Source: the human T2T-CHM13v2.0 reference genome, Homo sapiens. Taken from it: DNA of 64,000 bases. The notes under the pieces were generated by a model, which was not told the origin of the DNA, ran no database searches, and saw only the letters and a list, made by a program, of their open reading frames with translations. Shown one piece after another: positions 14,666-27,270 of the stretch; the first letter of the stretch is position 1, and every line of letters begins with the position of its first letter. Position numbers and translations under genes: made by a program. The stretch lies in NCBI RefSeq assembly GCF_009914755.1, contig NC_060936.1, one strand, 5' to 3'.

Positions 14666-16496
14666 GTTTTCTTCATCTTCCTGAATTACTTCAAAGGACC
14701 TTTCTTCAGTTCAGAGATATTTTCTTTTTCTTGGATTAGCCTGTTAGAAGCTCTCAATTGTATTTTTTATTTAATTGATTATTTTTTCCGTTCTAAGATT
14801 TCTATTTGGTTATTTTCCTTCTAGCTCTCTTTTGAATTTCTCATTCTAATTGTAAAATGTTTTTCTGATTTTATTGAATTATCTGTCTATATTCTCTTGC
14901 ATCACACTGAGTATTTGAGATTATTATTTTGTCTTCTTTTTTGGTATTGTGTGTATTTCCTTATACTTCAGATATGTTACTGGAGATCTATTTTGTTTAT
15001 TTAGATGTGTCATGTTTCCTTTCTTTTTTATGTTGATTTTATCCCTATGTTGATTTCTATGCCTCTGGTAGAAAAGTTGACACATCTAATTTTATAGAGT
15101 AGGTTTCACAGGGAAAGACTTGTTCCTATGGATTAGTCTTGGGGTGTCTGTTGGGTAGGGAGCCTTGGCTATGGTTCTAGGTGGACACAGAAATGGAATC
15201 TTTATGCATTTTCTTTAGCTCTAATTTATGCTAATAATATTTTGAGTGTCTCAGTAACCTAGGCTGCAAGAGATTGTAGTGGCAATAGCATGACATTACT
15301 GAGTGTGAACTTCCTGGGCTGTTTCTCAGGTTGAGCACACATGTATGCACAAGTTGTGTTGGTCTATTTGGGCTCTGGCTTGCTAGGTTTAGGGCCAGAG
15401 CTGTTACTCTGGCTGGGGACATGGATGCAGTTGTTTTGCTGGGGACACTGATAAAGGTGCTTGGCCCACCAGGGTTGGTACCACCAGGCTGTTTCTCAGG
15501 TGCTGGGTGTAACTACTTGACTGCTGGTCTGGTCTGGGAAATAGCTAGCAAGAGTGGACCCCCGGCTGTTTCCCAGGCCCCAGGTATGGGCATGGGGCTG
15601 CTAGATAGGCCACAGGCATAGACATGTAGCTTCTTTGCTAGCCTGGAGGTGTGTCAGCTGCTTGCAGTTTGGGAGCCTCTCTTGTTCTGTGGAAAGTGTA
15701 CAGTGGTTTGGCTGGCTCAAGGGCAGCTCTGACCTTGTCAGGTCTCTCAGACAGTTTCTCCGGCTAGAAATGTGAGTGTCAGGGGTTGGTTTCCTTGCTG
15801 TGCAGGACCAGAATCTCAGCCAGTCCTGAGCCCAGGAACAGAGCAACCAGGGTTGTGGTTTTGTAAACACTCATATGGGATTGATGGAATACATACAGAT
15901 TCCCAGGGCTAGAAAGGTGCAATGACTACCAGCTCCCAGAGAAGGGACACTCCAGGAGTGGCTCAGTTCTCAGGATGCCACCATGCTGCAGCAGCTTGAG
16001 TAATAGGGGTTGTGTTGTTGTTGGGGAGTGAATATCTTATGCTCATAGTCCAGAGCAAAGCATCTGTGTGAATTCCTGGCAGCTCCCCAAACTAAGCTTG
16101 GGGCTAGTGGTAACTGTGGGATTCTTCTGCAGTAAAGACTATAGGTGTTTGCAGGGCAATGGGGACTGCCGGAGTTCTTTTGCTTACTTTTATCCTGCTA
16201 GAAGAAGTTCTTCTTGACTTCAGGCAAATTCAGGCAGGAAAAAGAGGGTGGCAGAGTTAGGGTAACTTCACGATGCCTTCCTGGGATTCCTTAGCAACAC
16301 AGGCATCTCTCTATTTCCCTGTTACACTCCATCACTCTCCCTTTGATATTCCACTTGAATCTTGGCTGTTATTTTTTGGCCTTGTTGCATTCTTGTAGAA
16401 GAAATGAACATAAGGCACCTTTGGTCACCCATCCTTTTGATGTCACTCTTGAATCTTATTTAATTTATGTTTTAAATATATTCTGTATAATACCAT

Positions 16497-18847
16497 TGTT
16501 TTAGTCCATTTTCACACAGCTATAAAGACATTGAGACTGGGTAATTGGGGAAGAAAAAAGGTTTAAATGATTCATAGATCTGCATGGCTGGGGAGGCCTC
16601 AGGAATCTTACAATCATGTTGGAAGGTGAAGAGGTAGCAAGGTGCATCTTCCCATAGTGGCAGGAGAGGGACAGAGAGAGAAGGGGAAAATGCCAGACAC
16701 TTAAACAACCAGATATTGTGAGAACTCTAGCACTAAAACAGCAAGGGGGAAATCTGCCCCAACAATTCAGTCGCCTTCCACCAGCTGACTTCTCCAACAT
16801 GTGAGAATTACAATTTGACATGAGATTCGGATAAAGACACAAAGCAAAACCATGTTATTCTGCCCCTGGCCCCTTACAAATCTCATGACCTTCTCACATT
16901 TCAAAAACAATCATCCCTTCCCGACTGTCCTCCAAACTCTTAACTCATTCCAACATTAACTGAAAAGTCCAAGTCCAAAGTTTCATCTGAGACAAGGCAA
17001 ATCCCTTCTACATAGCAGCTTGTAAAATTAAAAAAAAAAAAGTTAGTTACTTCCAAGATACAGTGGGGGTACGGGCATTGGGTAAATGTTCCCATTCCAG
17101 ATGGGATAAACTGATCAAAACAAAGGGGCTACAGGCCTAATGCAAGTCTGAAACCCAGCATGGCAGCCATTAAATCTTAAGCTCCAAAATCTGCCTTGAC
17201 TGCATATCTCACATCCAGACCACACTGACACCAGGAGTGGGCTCCCAAGTCCTTGGGCAGCTGTGTCCCTATGGCTTTTCAGGGTACAGCCCCCACGGCT
17301 GCTTTCATCAGCTGACATTGAGTGCCTACTGCTTTTCCAGGTGCATGGTGCAAGCTGTTAGTGGATCTGACATTCTGGGGTCTAGAGGATGGTGGCCTTC
17401 TTCTCACAGCTGCACTAGGTGGTGCCTCAGTGGGGACTCTGTGTGTGGGTTCCAACCCCACATTTCCCCTCTGCATCGCCCTAGTAGAGGTTCTTCATGA
17501 GGGCTCTGCTTCTGCAGCTGACTTTTGCCTGGACATCCAGGCATTTCCATACATCCTCTGAAATCTAGGCAAAGGTTCCCAAACCTCAACTCTTGTCTTC
17601 TATATACCCACAAGCCCAAGGCCACATGGAAGCCACCAATGCTTGGGGCTGGCATCCTCTGAAGCAATGGCCCAAGCTATCAAGCTGTACCTTGCCCCTT
17701 TCAGCTATGCCTGAAGCTAGAGTGGCTGGGACACAGGGTTCCATATCCCAAGGCTGCACAGAGCAGCAAGGTCCTGAGCTCAGCCAATGAAATCATTTTT
17801 TTTTTCTCCTAGGTGTTCATGTATGAGATGAGAGGGGCTGCCACAAAGATCTCTGAAATTGTCCTGGATACATTTTCCTTATTTTCTTGGCTATTACCAT
17901 CAGGCTCCTTGTTACTTATGCAAATTTCTGGAGCTGGCTTAAATTTCTCTCCAGAAAATGGGTTTTTCTTTTCCACCACATGATCAGGCTGCAAATTTTC
18001 CAAACTTTGGTGTTCTTTTTCACTTTTAAACATAAGTTCCAATTTTAAGTCATCTATTTGTGAATGTATGTGACTGTATGCTTTTAGAAAAAGCCAGGCC
18101 ACCTCTTGAGTGCTTTGCTGCTTAGAAATTTCTTCTGGCAGATACCCTAACTCATCTCTCTCAAGTTCAAAGTTCCACATATCTCTAGGGTGGGAGCAAA
18201 ATACTGCCGGTATCTTTGCTAAAGCATAGCAAGTTTCACCTTTATTCTGGTTTCCAAAAATTCCACATCCCCATCTGAGACCAGGCAGCCTGGATTTCAT
18301 TTTCCATATCACTATCAGCATTTTGACCAAAGACATTCAACAAGTCTCTAGGAAGTTCCAAACTTTCTCCCATCTTGCTGTCTTCTTCTTATCCCTCCAA
18401 ACTTTTCCAACACCTGCTGGTTACCCAGTTCCAAAGTCTGCTTCACATTCTCACATGTCTTTATAGCAATGCCCCACTACCTTGGTACCAATTTTCTGTG
18501 TTAGTCCATTTTCAAACAGCTAAAACTACACACCTGAGACTGAGTAATTTATGAAGAAAAGAGGTTTAATTAAGTCATGAATCCAAATGGTTGGGGAGGC
18601 CTCAGGAGTTTTATAATCATAGCGGAAGACAAAGGGGAGATAAGTCTTCCCATGGTGGTATAAGAGAGAGGGAGAGAAGGGGGAAGCACCAGGCACTTAT
18701 CAAACAACCAGATCTTGTGAGAGCTCTATCAAAGAACAGCAATGGGGAAGTCTACCCCTATGACTCAATCACCTCCCACGAGGTCACTCACCCAACATGT
18801 GGGGATTACATGAGATTTGGGTGGGGACACAGAGCCAAACCATATCA
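16497..18847 (-). mobile_element. MSTA-type MaLR provirus: LTR 16497-16857, internal 16858-18496, LTR 18497-18847
   Basis: Two homologous LTRs (tg..ttagtccattttca...aaaccatatca) flank MaLR internal sequence. Internal ORF remnant 17809-18336 (RDMWNFELERDELGYL). Decayed 5-bp TSD accat/gccac. Confidence 0.92.
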
Positions 18848-18929
18848 GCCACCTTGCCTGATTTAAATCTGAAAACTCAGATCAGGGATTATGCTTTTTA
18901 AATAATCATTTTTTCCCTAAATACTTGCT

Positions 18930-19220
18930 ATGATAATATTTATTTAATACTTACTATGGTAGACAATCTATTAATCATTTAATGTACTTCACTTATTTAA
19001 TTCTTACAATGTCCCTAGCCAGTTTTTGAGACTTCACGTTCCACAGAGACTACTTGATTTTAAAATTGAGCACTTTGGCTTATGAACTATAAAATTGGAA
19101 AAGACACGGCCTCTCTCAATGTCAGTTTTGAAATCTAATCACAGATTGTTGTGAGATTAAGGTGAATTAATAAAAGTAATTTATATAAATAGTGCATGGG
19201 GTATAATCATTATTAAATAT
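18930..19220. mobile_element. MIR fragments
   Basis: Degenerate MIR core (gattgttgtgagattaaggtgaattaa) and an opposite-orientation fragment at ~18930-19015. Confidence 0.5.
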
Positions 19221-19364
19221 AAGGTAACATTATTTCAAAATAAAACCAGTATTATTATCTCTAAGTTGAATTATTATGATCGATTCAATGCATTCATTGT
19301 TTGTTTTATTTTGGAGTTTAGATTATTGTTCAGCAAATAATCACAAGGAACAAACCTCAGCCTC

Positions 19365-19775
19365 ATGCAGATAATTCCATATGAACTTTCTCCTGCTCTA
19401 TCCCTTCTCCATGGACAAAGTATGCTTCCACACACCATTGATATTGGCTTTTTCCCATGTGATGTGATTTGGCTAATACAATATAGTCTAAAATGATCTG
19501 GTGCTAGTTGCAAGCTTATGCTTCTAGTAACATCACTTGTCTACTCCTCCCTCTGGGAGTTTCTGGTCTCCACCATGGTACATGCCCCAGACAGCTAGTA
19601 CCCCTACATACAGGCCCTGGGAATGTCAGATGTGGAGTCAATCTGATCTCAGTATGAAGGAAAAAGCAGAGCCATTCCAGCTGACACACAAATCTATTAG
19701 TGAATAATAAAAACTGTTTGTCACTGAGGTTATGTGTGTGTATGCCTTTTTATGTTGGTAAGACTGGCCAATACA
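19365..19775 (+). mobile_element. Old MaLR solo LTR (MLT1H/I/J-like)
   Basis: ccatgtgatgtgatttggctaat...aataaaaactgtttgtcactgagg...aataca terminus. Confidence 0.6.
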
Positions 19776-19784
19776 CTCTTCTTC

Positions 19785-20385
19785 TCCAGTAAACTCTTCC
19801 ATATATTAAACAAAGTGGTTTTTTAAAGACAGAATTCTAAAATATTATGTTCCCTGTTTAATACCTTTTAATGGCATTCATCTAAACTTAGACTCAAATA
19901 AAATTATTTGTTATAGTTTAAGAGGATTTTATCTACTTCTTAGATATCATAGTTTTCTACACACAAGCCAGCTAGGTATCTTATTTTTTTTTTTGCTAGA
20001 ATAAGCCAAGTTTTTTTTTCCTTCTTAGGACCTTCTCAAATGTCCTCTTCTCAAATTTTCTCTTACTGAAAAGATATTCTTCACATTACTTTCCATGATC
20101 TTCACACTTCAGGTCTTGACTCAAAAGTCATCTCCTCAGAAATGCCTTCCTGATACCTTATCTAAGTAAGTAGAATCACTCTGTCAGTGTCTGTCTTAAC
20201 ACTTATTGCAATTTTAATTATATATTTATTAATTTATCTGCTGGTCATCTGTCTCTTCTACTAGAATCTAAGTTTCATGAGGTGAGCAATAGAGTTAAAC
20301 TTATTAATTATTGATTAATCAGAACCTAGCACCATGCCAGATGCTCCTAAGTATTTACAAATTCTGTTAGATAAATTAATTTTAT
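19785..20385 (+). mobile_element. L2 3' end
   Basis: tcatctcctcagaaatgccttcctga...ctagaatctaagtttcatgagg...cctagcaccatgcc, a typical L2 3' region. Confidence 0.7.
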
Positions 20386-20716
20386 TACAGAAGTTTAGAT
20401 ATAGATGATGATTAAATGCATTTCTTAAGATTATGTAACTGATAACCAAGTACAGAGCTAAGACTCTTAGTCAAATATATCTGTTGTCTTTTAAGATTCA
20501 AGTGTGTGGGGAAAAATTTAAAAAATATATTGTCCATAATAGATCAAGCCTTGGCTCAATTACAGTTTTGGTAACTCATACCAAATATTGAATAACTGAT
20601 CATTAAATTATCCTATGCTAAATATTTTGATAATTAAGTAGTGCCTAATTATATGGGTTACACTTACACTGTTTAGAATAATAGGGTTTGATTCTACATA
20701 TATGCTTAAGAAATAA

Positions 20717-21025
20717 ATCATTCTCAGCAAACTATCGCAAGGACAAAAAACCAAACACCACATGTTCTCACTCATAGGTGGGAATTGAACAATGAGAACA
20801 CATGGACACAGGAAGGGGAACATCACACACCAGGGACTATTGTGGGGTGGGGGGAGGGGGGAGGGATAGCATTAGGATATATACCTAATGCTAAATGATG
20901 AGTTAATGGGTGCAGCTCACCAACATGGCACATGTATACGTATGTAACAAACCTGCACATTGTGCACATGTACCCTAAAACTTAAAGTATAATAATAATA
21001 ATAAAAAATAAATAAAGTAAAAAAG
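20717..21025 (+). mobile_element. 5'-truncated young L1PA (L1PA3/4-like) 3' end
   Basis: actatcgcaaggacaaaaaaccaaac...taatgctaaatgatgagttaatggg. G-rich tract at ~20844-20865, A-rich tail, and TSD agaaata at 20709-20715 and 21026-21032. Confidence 0.92.
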
Positions 21026-21244
21026 AGAAATATCTATTATTAAAAATTCACAACCTAAATATATACGTTCAATTATTTTTTGAACATACGCTCAAGTTTT
21101 TCTGTTGTATATTTTATATACTTTAGTAAGCATCTCTGACAAATATTTTACAATATCTAAATTTTAATTATTTACAACTATTTTATATTTATACTAATTT
21201 TACATCTTATACTAGGTTTTATTAAATTCATATATCATTTTAAA

Positions 21245-21605
21245 TAGGGTAGATTGTTTTACATTAGGCAGCAACCTTAAAATATTAAAGGACTAATACA
21301 GCAAATGCTTATTTTCTGCCGTATATATGTAATTGGTTGCCTTAGGCTCTGTTCCACATCATTTTTACTGCAGGATCCAAGCTAAATCAGTAGCCTTTTT
21401 CTGGAACTTTGTTGGTTGTCATTGCAGAGGAAACGTAGAATGTGGTGAAACATGAGCTGTCTTTTAGATCAAATCCTTAGGATACATGTTACTTTCACTA
21501 CTGTTTCATTGGGAAAAGCAAGTCATTTTATGAAGTTGGAAGTCATTGAGATAAATACAAATAATTTTCCCTGAGGGAGTAGTCCTGAGTGTACAATAAA
21601 AATAT
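21245..21605 (-). mobile_element. Old MaLR LTR (MLT1K/L-like)
   Basis: ggctctgttccacatc...caggatccaagct...tttcattgggaaaagcaagtca, degenerate. Confidence 0.5.
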
Positions 21606-21611
21606 ATCTAT

Positions 21612-22028
21612 TTTAGTGAGCCGAAAGCCTGAGGGTTGTGACCAGCTCAGCATTCCACTGAGGCTATATGATCAAACAGCAAACTCTTTATCATGAATGC
21701 AGAATGTAGGCAAACTTGCTTCTGCGCCGGCCACCAGAGGGCAATCACTCCCTGGCGCTGTGCTCCTTGAGGTTATCTGCTGGAACATCTGGAGACTACT
21801 GCTCAGAGAATGCAGTCATGCAGGGCTGCACCGAGTCAGGCAGCTGAACACGACCACCCCCTTCTCCCTATCTCCTTGACTCGATAAATATGAAGGGCTA
21901 TAGAAGCTCAGGGCCCTTGTTCACTAGAAGCAAGGAGCCCCCTGACCCCTTATTCCAAATATACTCTTTTGTCTTTGTCTTTATTCCCGCGTTCATCCTC
22001 CTTTGTTCAGTCCACCAAGGCCCGCGCA
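21612..22028 (+). mobile_element. Solo LTR3 (HERV-K HML-6 family)
   Basis: gagccgaaagcctgagggttgtgaccagctcagcattccactg...atcaaacagcaaac recalled as LTR3. Exact 6-bp TSD atctat (21606-21611 and 22029-22034), the length typical of betaretroviruses. Confidence 0.8.
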
Positions 22029-22529
22029 ATCTATGATGCTTTACTGACTCATTTTCCTGGCATGAATTTTTATATAATTGTTAGGCTTTTAAAAAATGAC
22101 TTCTCTGACATTAGCAGTTATATTTTCCCTTTTCAGAAAGTCTATTTCCCTTCCTCTATGATAATTATGAAATCTCAACTGACCATGTGTAGTTTTGAGT
22201 AGAACCCGATGACTGTAGGTAGAGTATTTCCTAGATAATTTTTGAAATAAAATGGTGTCTGAAATCTGAGAATATGCCTGAAGCTTTGATGGAGTAAAAG
22301 AAAGTAAATATTTTTCTTACTAAAATCATTTGGGGGCAGATAAATATAGAATATGATTGAATATTTTGTTATAATTATCTGAAACTTTAAAGTTACCTTG
22401 AAATGTCTTAAATGTAGCTGAGAGCCATTAAGGTACAAAACTTCATGATCATTTTTTGGACTCAGTATCCACGGGAAAATAGTAATTTAAAAAATGTCCC
22501 TCTTTCCCAGAAGTTGAATTAACATTCTT

Positions 22530-22827
22530 TTTGTTTTTTTAGACAGGGTCTCACTCCACTGCCCAGGTTGGAGGGCTGTGGTGTAATCACCTCTCACTGT
22601 CTCACTGCAGCCTTGACTGCTTGGATTCAAGTGATCATACTGCCTCAGCCCCCTGAGTACCTGGGACCACGAGCATGTACCACTATGCCCAACTAATTTT
22701 TAAATTTTGTTTAGAATGGGATCTCACTTTGTTGCCCAGACTGGACTCAACCTCCTGAGCTTAAGTGATCCTTTCACCTTGCTTCCTAAAGTGCTGGGAT
22801 TACAGGTAGAAGCCACACCACCTGGCT
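22530..22827 (-). mobile_element. AluJ
   Basis: Dimeric diverged Alu; 14-bp TSD gaattaacattctt (22516-22529 and 22828-22841). Confidence 0.92.
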
Positions 22828-22912
22828 GAATTAACATTCTTAATGCTTTGGAAAAGTAAGAGGCAGTTACTCTCAAACAAAAATAAAATTTATGGTAATC
22901 CATCATACTTGG

Positions 22913-23285
22913 TAATATGATTTGGATTTGCATCCCCACACAAATCTCATGTCAAATTATAATCTCCAGTGTTGGAGCAGGGACCTCATAGAGGTGACTG
23001 AAGCATGAAGCAGACATCCTCCTTGCTGTTCACCTGATAATGAGAAAATTCTCATGAGATCTGGTTGTTTAAAAGCATGGAGCACTTCCACCTTTGCTCT
23101 CTTCTTTCTCTAGCCATGTAAGACATAACTGCTTTCCCTTCACTTTCTGCCATAATTGTAAGTTTCCTGAGGCCTCACTAGCCATGCTTCTGTATAGCCT
23201 GGGGAACTATGAGTCAATTAAACCTCCTTTTTTATAAATTGCCCAGTTTCAGGTAGTTATAACAATGTGAGAACGGATTAATGTA
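22913..23285 (+). mobile_element. MSTA solo LTR
   Basis: taatatgatttggatttgcatccccacacaaatctcatg...caattaaacctc...; TSD cttgg/cttgt. Confidence 0.9.
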
Positions 23286-23379
23286 CTTGTCCATCTTTTT
23301 TTTGTATGAGGATAAAATTTTATTTAAAAAATTACACTTCGGTTCATCAGATTTTAAAGAGATTTAGACAAATTCTAAT

Positions 23380-23575
23380 ACTTATGGATTCCTTACTATA
23401 TACAGAGCTCTGTGCTATTATATATGTAATCCTTAATGTAATCTTTAATATAGATTTTAATCATCATTTTACTAAACAAATGAAGACTAAAACATTGGAG
23501 GGAATTTTCCTAAAACACATGGCTGGTAAAGGATAATATGAATATAAACTCATACAGTTTTAACTGGGAAGCTAC
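23380..23575 (-). mobile_element. MIR
   Basis: catcattttactaaacaaatgaagactaa...cctaaaacacatggctggtaa. Confidence 0.5.
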
Positions 23576-23959
23576 AATTTTCATTTGCATCATGCAATTA
23601 ACCTTCTATTTCCACTATCAAAGATGGTATCAATATGTATTGGAAACATGAAACTGGGATGGTACTTCGGGAATGGTATCATCTCTATTTCTAATTGTTT
23701 ATGAGTCTAGAATAGTTAGCGTCAGTTCTTCAATCCAAATAATTTTTTTGCACCTTTGCAAAATAGCTTGATGAATCCGTTAGGTGAAAGTTTGATAGAA
23801 ATGTGCACAGTGTTGAAACCACAGAATGTGTAATTGATCTCCAAAAAAATGATGTTAAATAATAATTCCTGGACTTGTGTTTAGGTCTTTGATGCAAATC
23901 TAAGTATAGAAAAAATGAATTGAGGTTAGGGTATACATCAGAATTCACAAAAAAATTAT

Positions 23960-24165
23960 CTAATCATTAAGAGCATTTTCAGACATCACACTGATCTGAT
24001 TATAACTCCCAGTTCTGCCATCTAGCAGTTATGCAACCATGGAAAGTTATATGACCTCTTTGAAACTTTTTCTCTTTGTAAAATGAGAAGAGTGGAAACA
24101 CTTTTTTCAAATACCTGTTCTGAAAATTAAATAAGATAATGCTCTTAAGGTGCTCATAAATAGTA
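23960..24165 (+). mobile_element. MIR
   Basis: cccagttctgccatctagcagttatgcaaccatggaaagtta...tgtaaaatgag...aaattaaataagataatg. Confidence 0.7.
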
Positions 24166-24238
24166 TGTAGCAAAGTTTACTGTTTCAATAAATAATAAAA
24201 GAAAATCTACTTGTTCATCTCATATAATGCCTATATGT

Positions 24239-24621
<383 letters not shown>

Positions 24622-24699
24622 TTAAAAATAATCTCTAAGTACCAGCATTTTATACTGATTCTTATGTGACCAGTAGGACATTAGAAACCATGGCCAAAA

Positions 24700-24994
24700 G
24701 ATAGAAGATGACTGACTAGAAGAAGCTAGTGTGGGCTGCTCTCATGGAAAGAAGAAGAAGTATTATATAAATACTACACTGGGATTCATCCAGGAAACAA
24801 ATTTGGCCCACAGGGAATGGAGAGGAACAAGACAGGATGATGCAGGAGTGGCACAGAGCCAGAGGAGGCTCCCTGTCTGTGGGGAATGGTGAATGAGTAA
24901 GATACACAAAGGATGCACAATTATTCCATAGGTTTTACAACCCTGGATCATTCCCCAATGAGCCCATTCCACAAGGACCTTCAGGTTGACATGC
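24700..24994 (+). mobile_element. L1PA15-like 5'UTR start (continues inverted at 26528-26705)
   Basis: aagatgactgactagaagaagctagtgtgggctgctctcatgg resembles the L1P 5' start and the 5' end of the element at ~10160. Confidence 0.8.
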
Positions 24995-26527
24995 TGTATT
25001 AGTCCGTTTTCATGCTGCTGATAAAGACATACCTGAGACTGGGAAGGAAAAAGGTTTAATGGGCTTACAGTTCCACATGGCTGGGGAGGCCTCCAAATCA
25101 TGGCAGAAGGCAAGGAGAAGCAAGTCACTACTCAGGTGGATGGGAGCAGGAAAAGAAAGAGCTTGTGCAGGGAAACTCCCATCTTTAAAACCATCAAATC
25201 TCATGAAGCTTATTCACTATCAAGAGAACAGCACGGGAAAGACCCACCCCCATTATTCAATCACCTCCCATCAGTTTTCTCCCACAAAACATGGGAATTG
25301 TGGGTGTTACAATACAAAATGATATTTGGGTGGGGACACAGCCAAACCGTATTATTCCATCCCGATCCCTGCCAAATCTCATGTCATCACATTTCAAAAC
25401 CAATTATGCCTTCCCAACAATCCCCCAAAGTCCTAATTCATTTCAGCATTAACTCAAAAGTCCAAGTTCAAAGTCTCATCTGAAAGAAGGCAAGTCCCTT
25501 TTGCCTATGAGCCTGTTAAATCAAAAGCAAGTTAGTTAATTCCTAGATATAATGGAAGCACAGGCATTGGGTAAATACAGCCATTCCAAATGGGAGAAAT
25601 TGGCCAAAACAAAGAGGCTACAGGCATGCAAGTCCAAAATCCAGTGGGGTTGTAAAGTCTTAAATCACCAAAATAATCTCCTTTGACTCCATGTCACATC
25701 CAGGTCATGCTGATGTAAGGAGTGGGTTCCCATGGTTTGGGGTAGCTCTTCCCCTGTGGCTTTGTGGGGTGCAGCCTTCCTCCTGGGTGGTGTTGAGGGT
25801 TGTGGCTTTTCCAGGCACATGGTGCTAGCTGTCAATGGGTCTACCATTCTTGGGTCTTGGAGATGGTAACCCTTTTCTCACAACTCCACTAGGTGGTGCC
25901 CTGGTAGGAATTCTGCATGAAGTCTCTGACCCTACATTTCCCTCCTGCATTGCACTATCAGAGGTTCTCCATGAGAGCCCCAGCAGAGGGACCCTGGGCC
26001 CAGCCCATGAAACCATATATTCTTCCTAGGCCTCTGGGCCTGTGATGGGAGAGGCTGCCATGAAGGTTAAGACCTCTGACATGCCTTGGAGACATTTTCC
26101 CCATTGTCTTGGGGATTAGCATTGGGCTCCTTGTTACTTATGCAAATTTCTACAGCTGGCTTTAATTTCTCCTCAGAAAATGGGATTTTTTTCTATTGCA
26201 TTGTCAGGCTGCAAATTTTCCAAACTTTTATGCTCTGCTTCCCTTACAAAACTGTATGCCTTTAACAGCACCCAAGTCATTTCTTGAATGCTTTGCTGCT
26301 TAGACATTTCTTCTGCTACATACCCTAAATCATCTGTCTCAACTTCAAAGTTCTACATATCTCTAGGGCAGGGGCAAAATGCTGCCAGTCTCTTTGCTTA
26401 AACATAACAAGGGTCACCTTTGCTCCAGTTCCCAACAGGTTTCTTATCTCCATCTGAGACCACCTCAGTCTAGATTTTGTTGTCCATATTATTATCAGCA
26501 TTTTGGCCAGAGCCATTCAACAAGTCT
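24995..26527 (-). mobile_element. THE1 (A/B) provirus part 1: LTR 24995-25354 plus internal region with a ~250-bp deletion near 25980
   Basis: tgtattagtccgttttcatgctgctgataaagacatacc THE1 LTR. Internal region colinear with the MSTA internal at 16858-18350, except for a block corresponding to ~17505-17760. Confidence 0.92.
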
Positions 26528-26705
26528 GCAGACCATTGCTGCTCAGCCCCCTGGATTCAGCCCTTTTCCTGGGGGTGTGTAAGGGAGCCTAATTTTCTCA
26601 TTTGCTAGAGTTACTGCCACTGATATTAGGGATGCCAGGGAATTCAAGTCCCTCAGGACTTCATGTGTGCCTGAGAAGTGGTTTTGCTCAGATCCATATA
26701 GCTGT
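26528..26705 (-). mobile_element. Inverted continuation of the L1 5'UTR
   Basis: ccctggattcagccc...gtgtgcctgag...gatccatatagctgtg, homologous in the same orientation to the minus-strand L1 5'UTR at ~9655-9820. Confidence 0.8.
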
Positions 26706-26710
26706 GCATG

Positions 26711-27270
26711 TGATATGGTTTGGCTGTGTCCCCACCCAAATCTCATCTTGAATTGTAGCTCCCACAATTCCCACATTTCTTGGGAGGAATCCAGTGGGAG
26801 GTGATTAAATTAGGGGGGTGGGTATTTCCTGTGCTGTTCTCATGAGAGTGAATAAGCCTCATGAGATCTGACAGTTTTAAAAATGGAAGTTTCCCTGCAC
26901 AACCTTTCTTTTTGCCTGCTGCCGTCCATGTAAGATGTGGCTTGCTCCTCCTTGCCTTCTGCCATGACTGTTAGGCCTCCCCAGTCAAGTGGAACTGTAA
27001 GTCCATTAAAGCTTTTTCTTTTGCAGACTGCCCAGTCTCAAGTACGTCTTTATCAGAAGCATGAAAATGAATTAATACAGTAAATTGGTATCAGGAGTGG
27101 GCTACTGCTGAATAGATACCCAAAAATGTGGAAATGACTTTGGAACTGGGTAACACACAGAAGTTGGGACAGTTTGGAGGGCTCAAAAGAAGACAAAAAA
27201 ATTTGGGAAAGTTTGGAACTCCCTAGAGACATGTTGAATGGCTCTGGCCAAAATGCTAATAATAATATGG
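26711..27270 (+). mobile_element. THE1 provirus part 2 (inverted): LTR 26711-27079 plus internal start 27080-27270
   Basis: tgatatggtttggctgtgtccccacccaaatctcatc...taataca then gtaaattggta. Flank gcatg is the reverse complement of catgc at 24990-24994. Confidence 0.92.

Noticed and set aside
17809-18336. Longest ORF (175 aa) as a gene
   Set aside because: It lies within the MSTA internal region and is a decayed MaLR ORF remnant; the homologous DNA is in THE1-int at ~26030-26520.
26528-27270. Inversion explained by L1 twin priming
   Set aside because: The inverted block is internal, contains a later THE1 insertion with matching TSD, and has non-inverted DNA on both sides.
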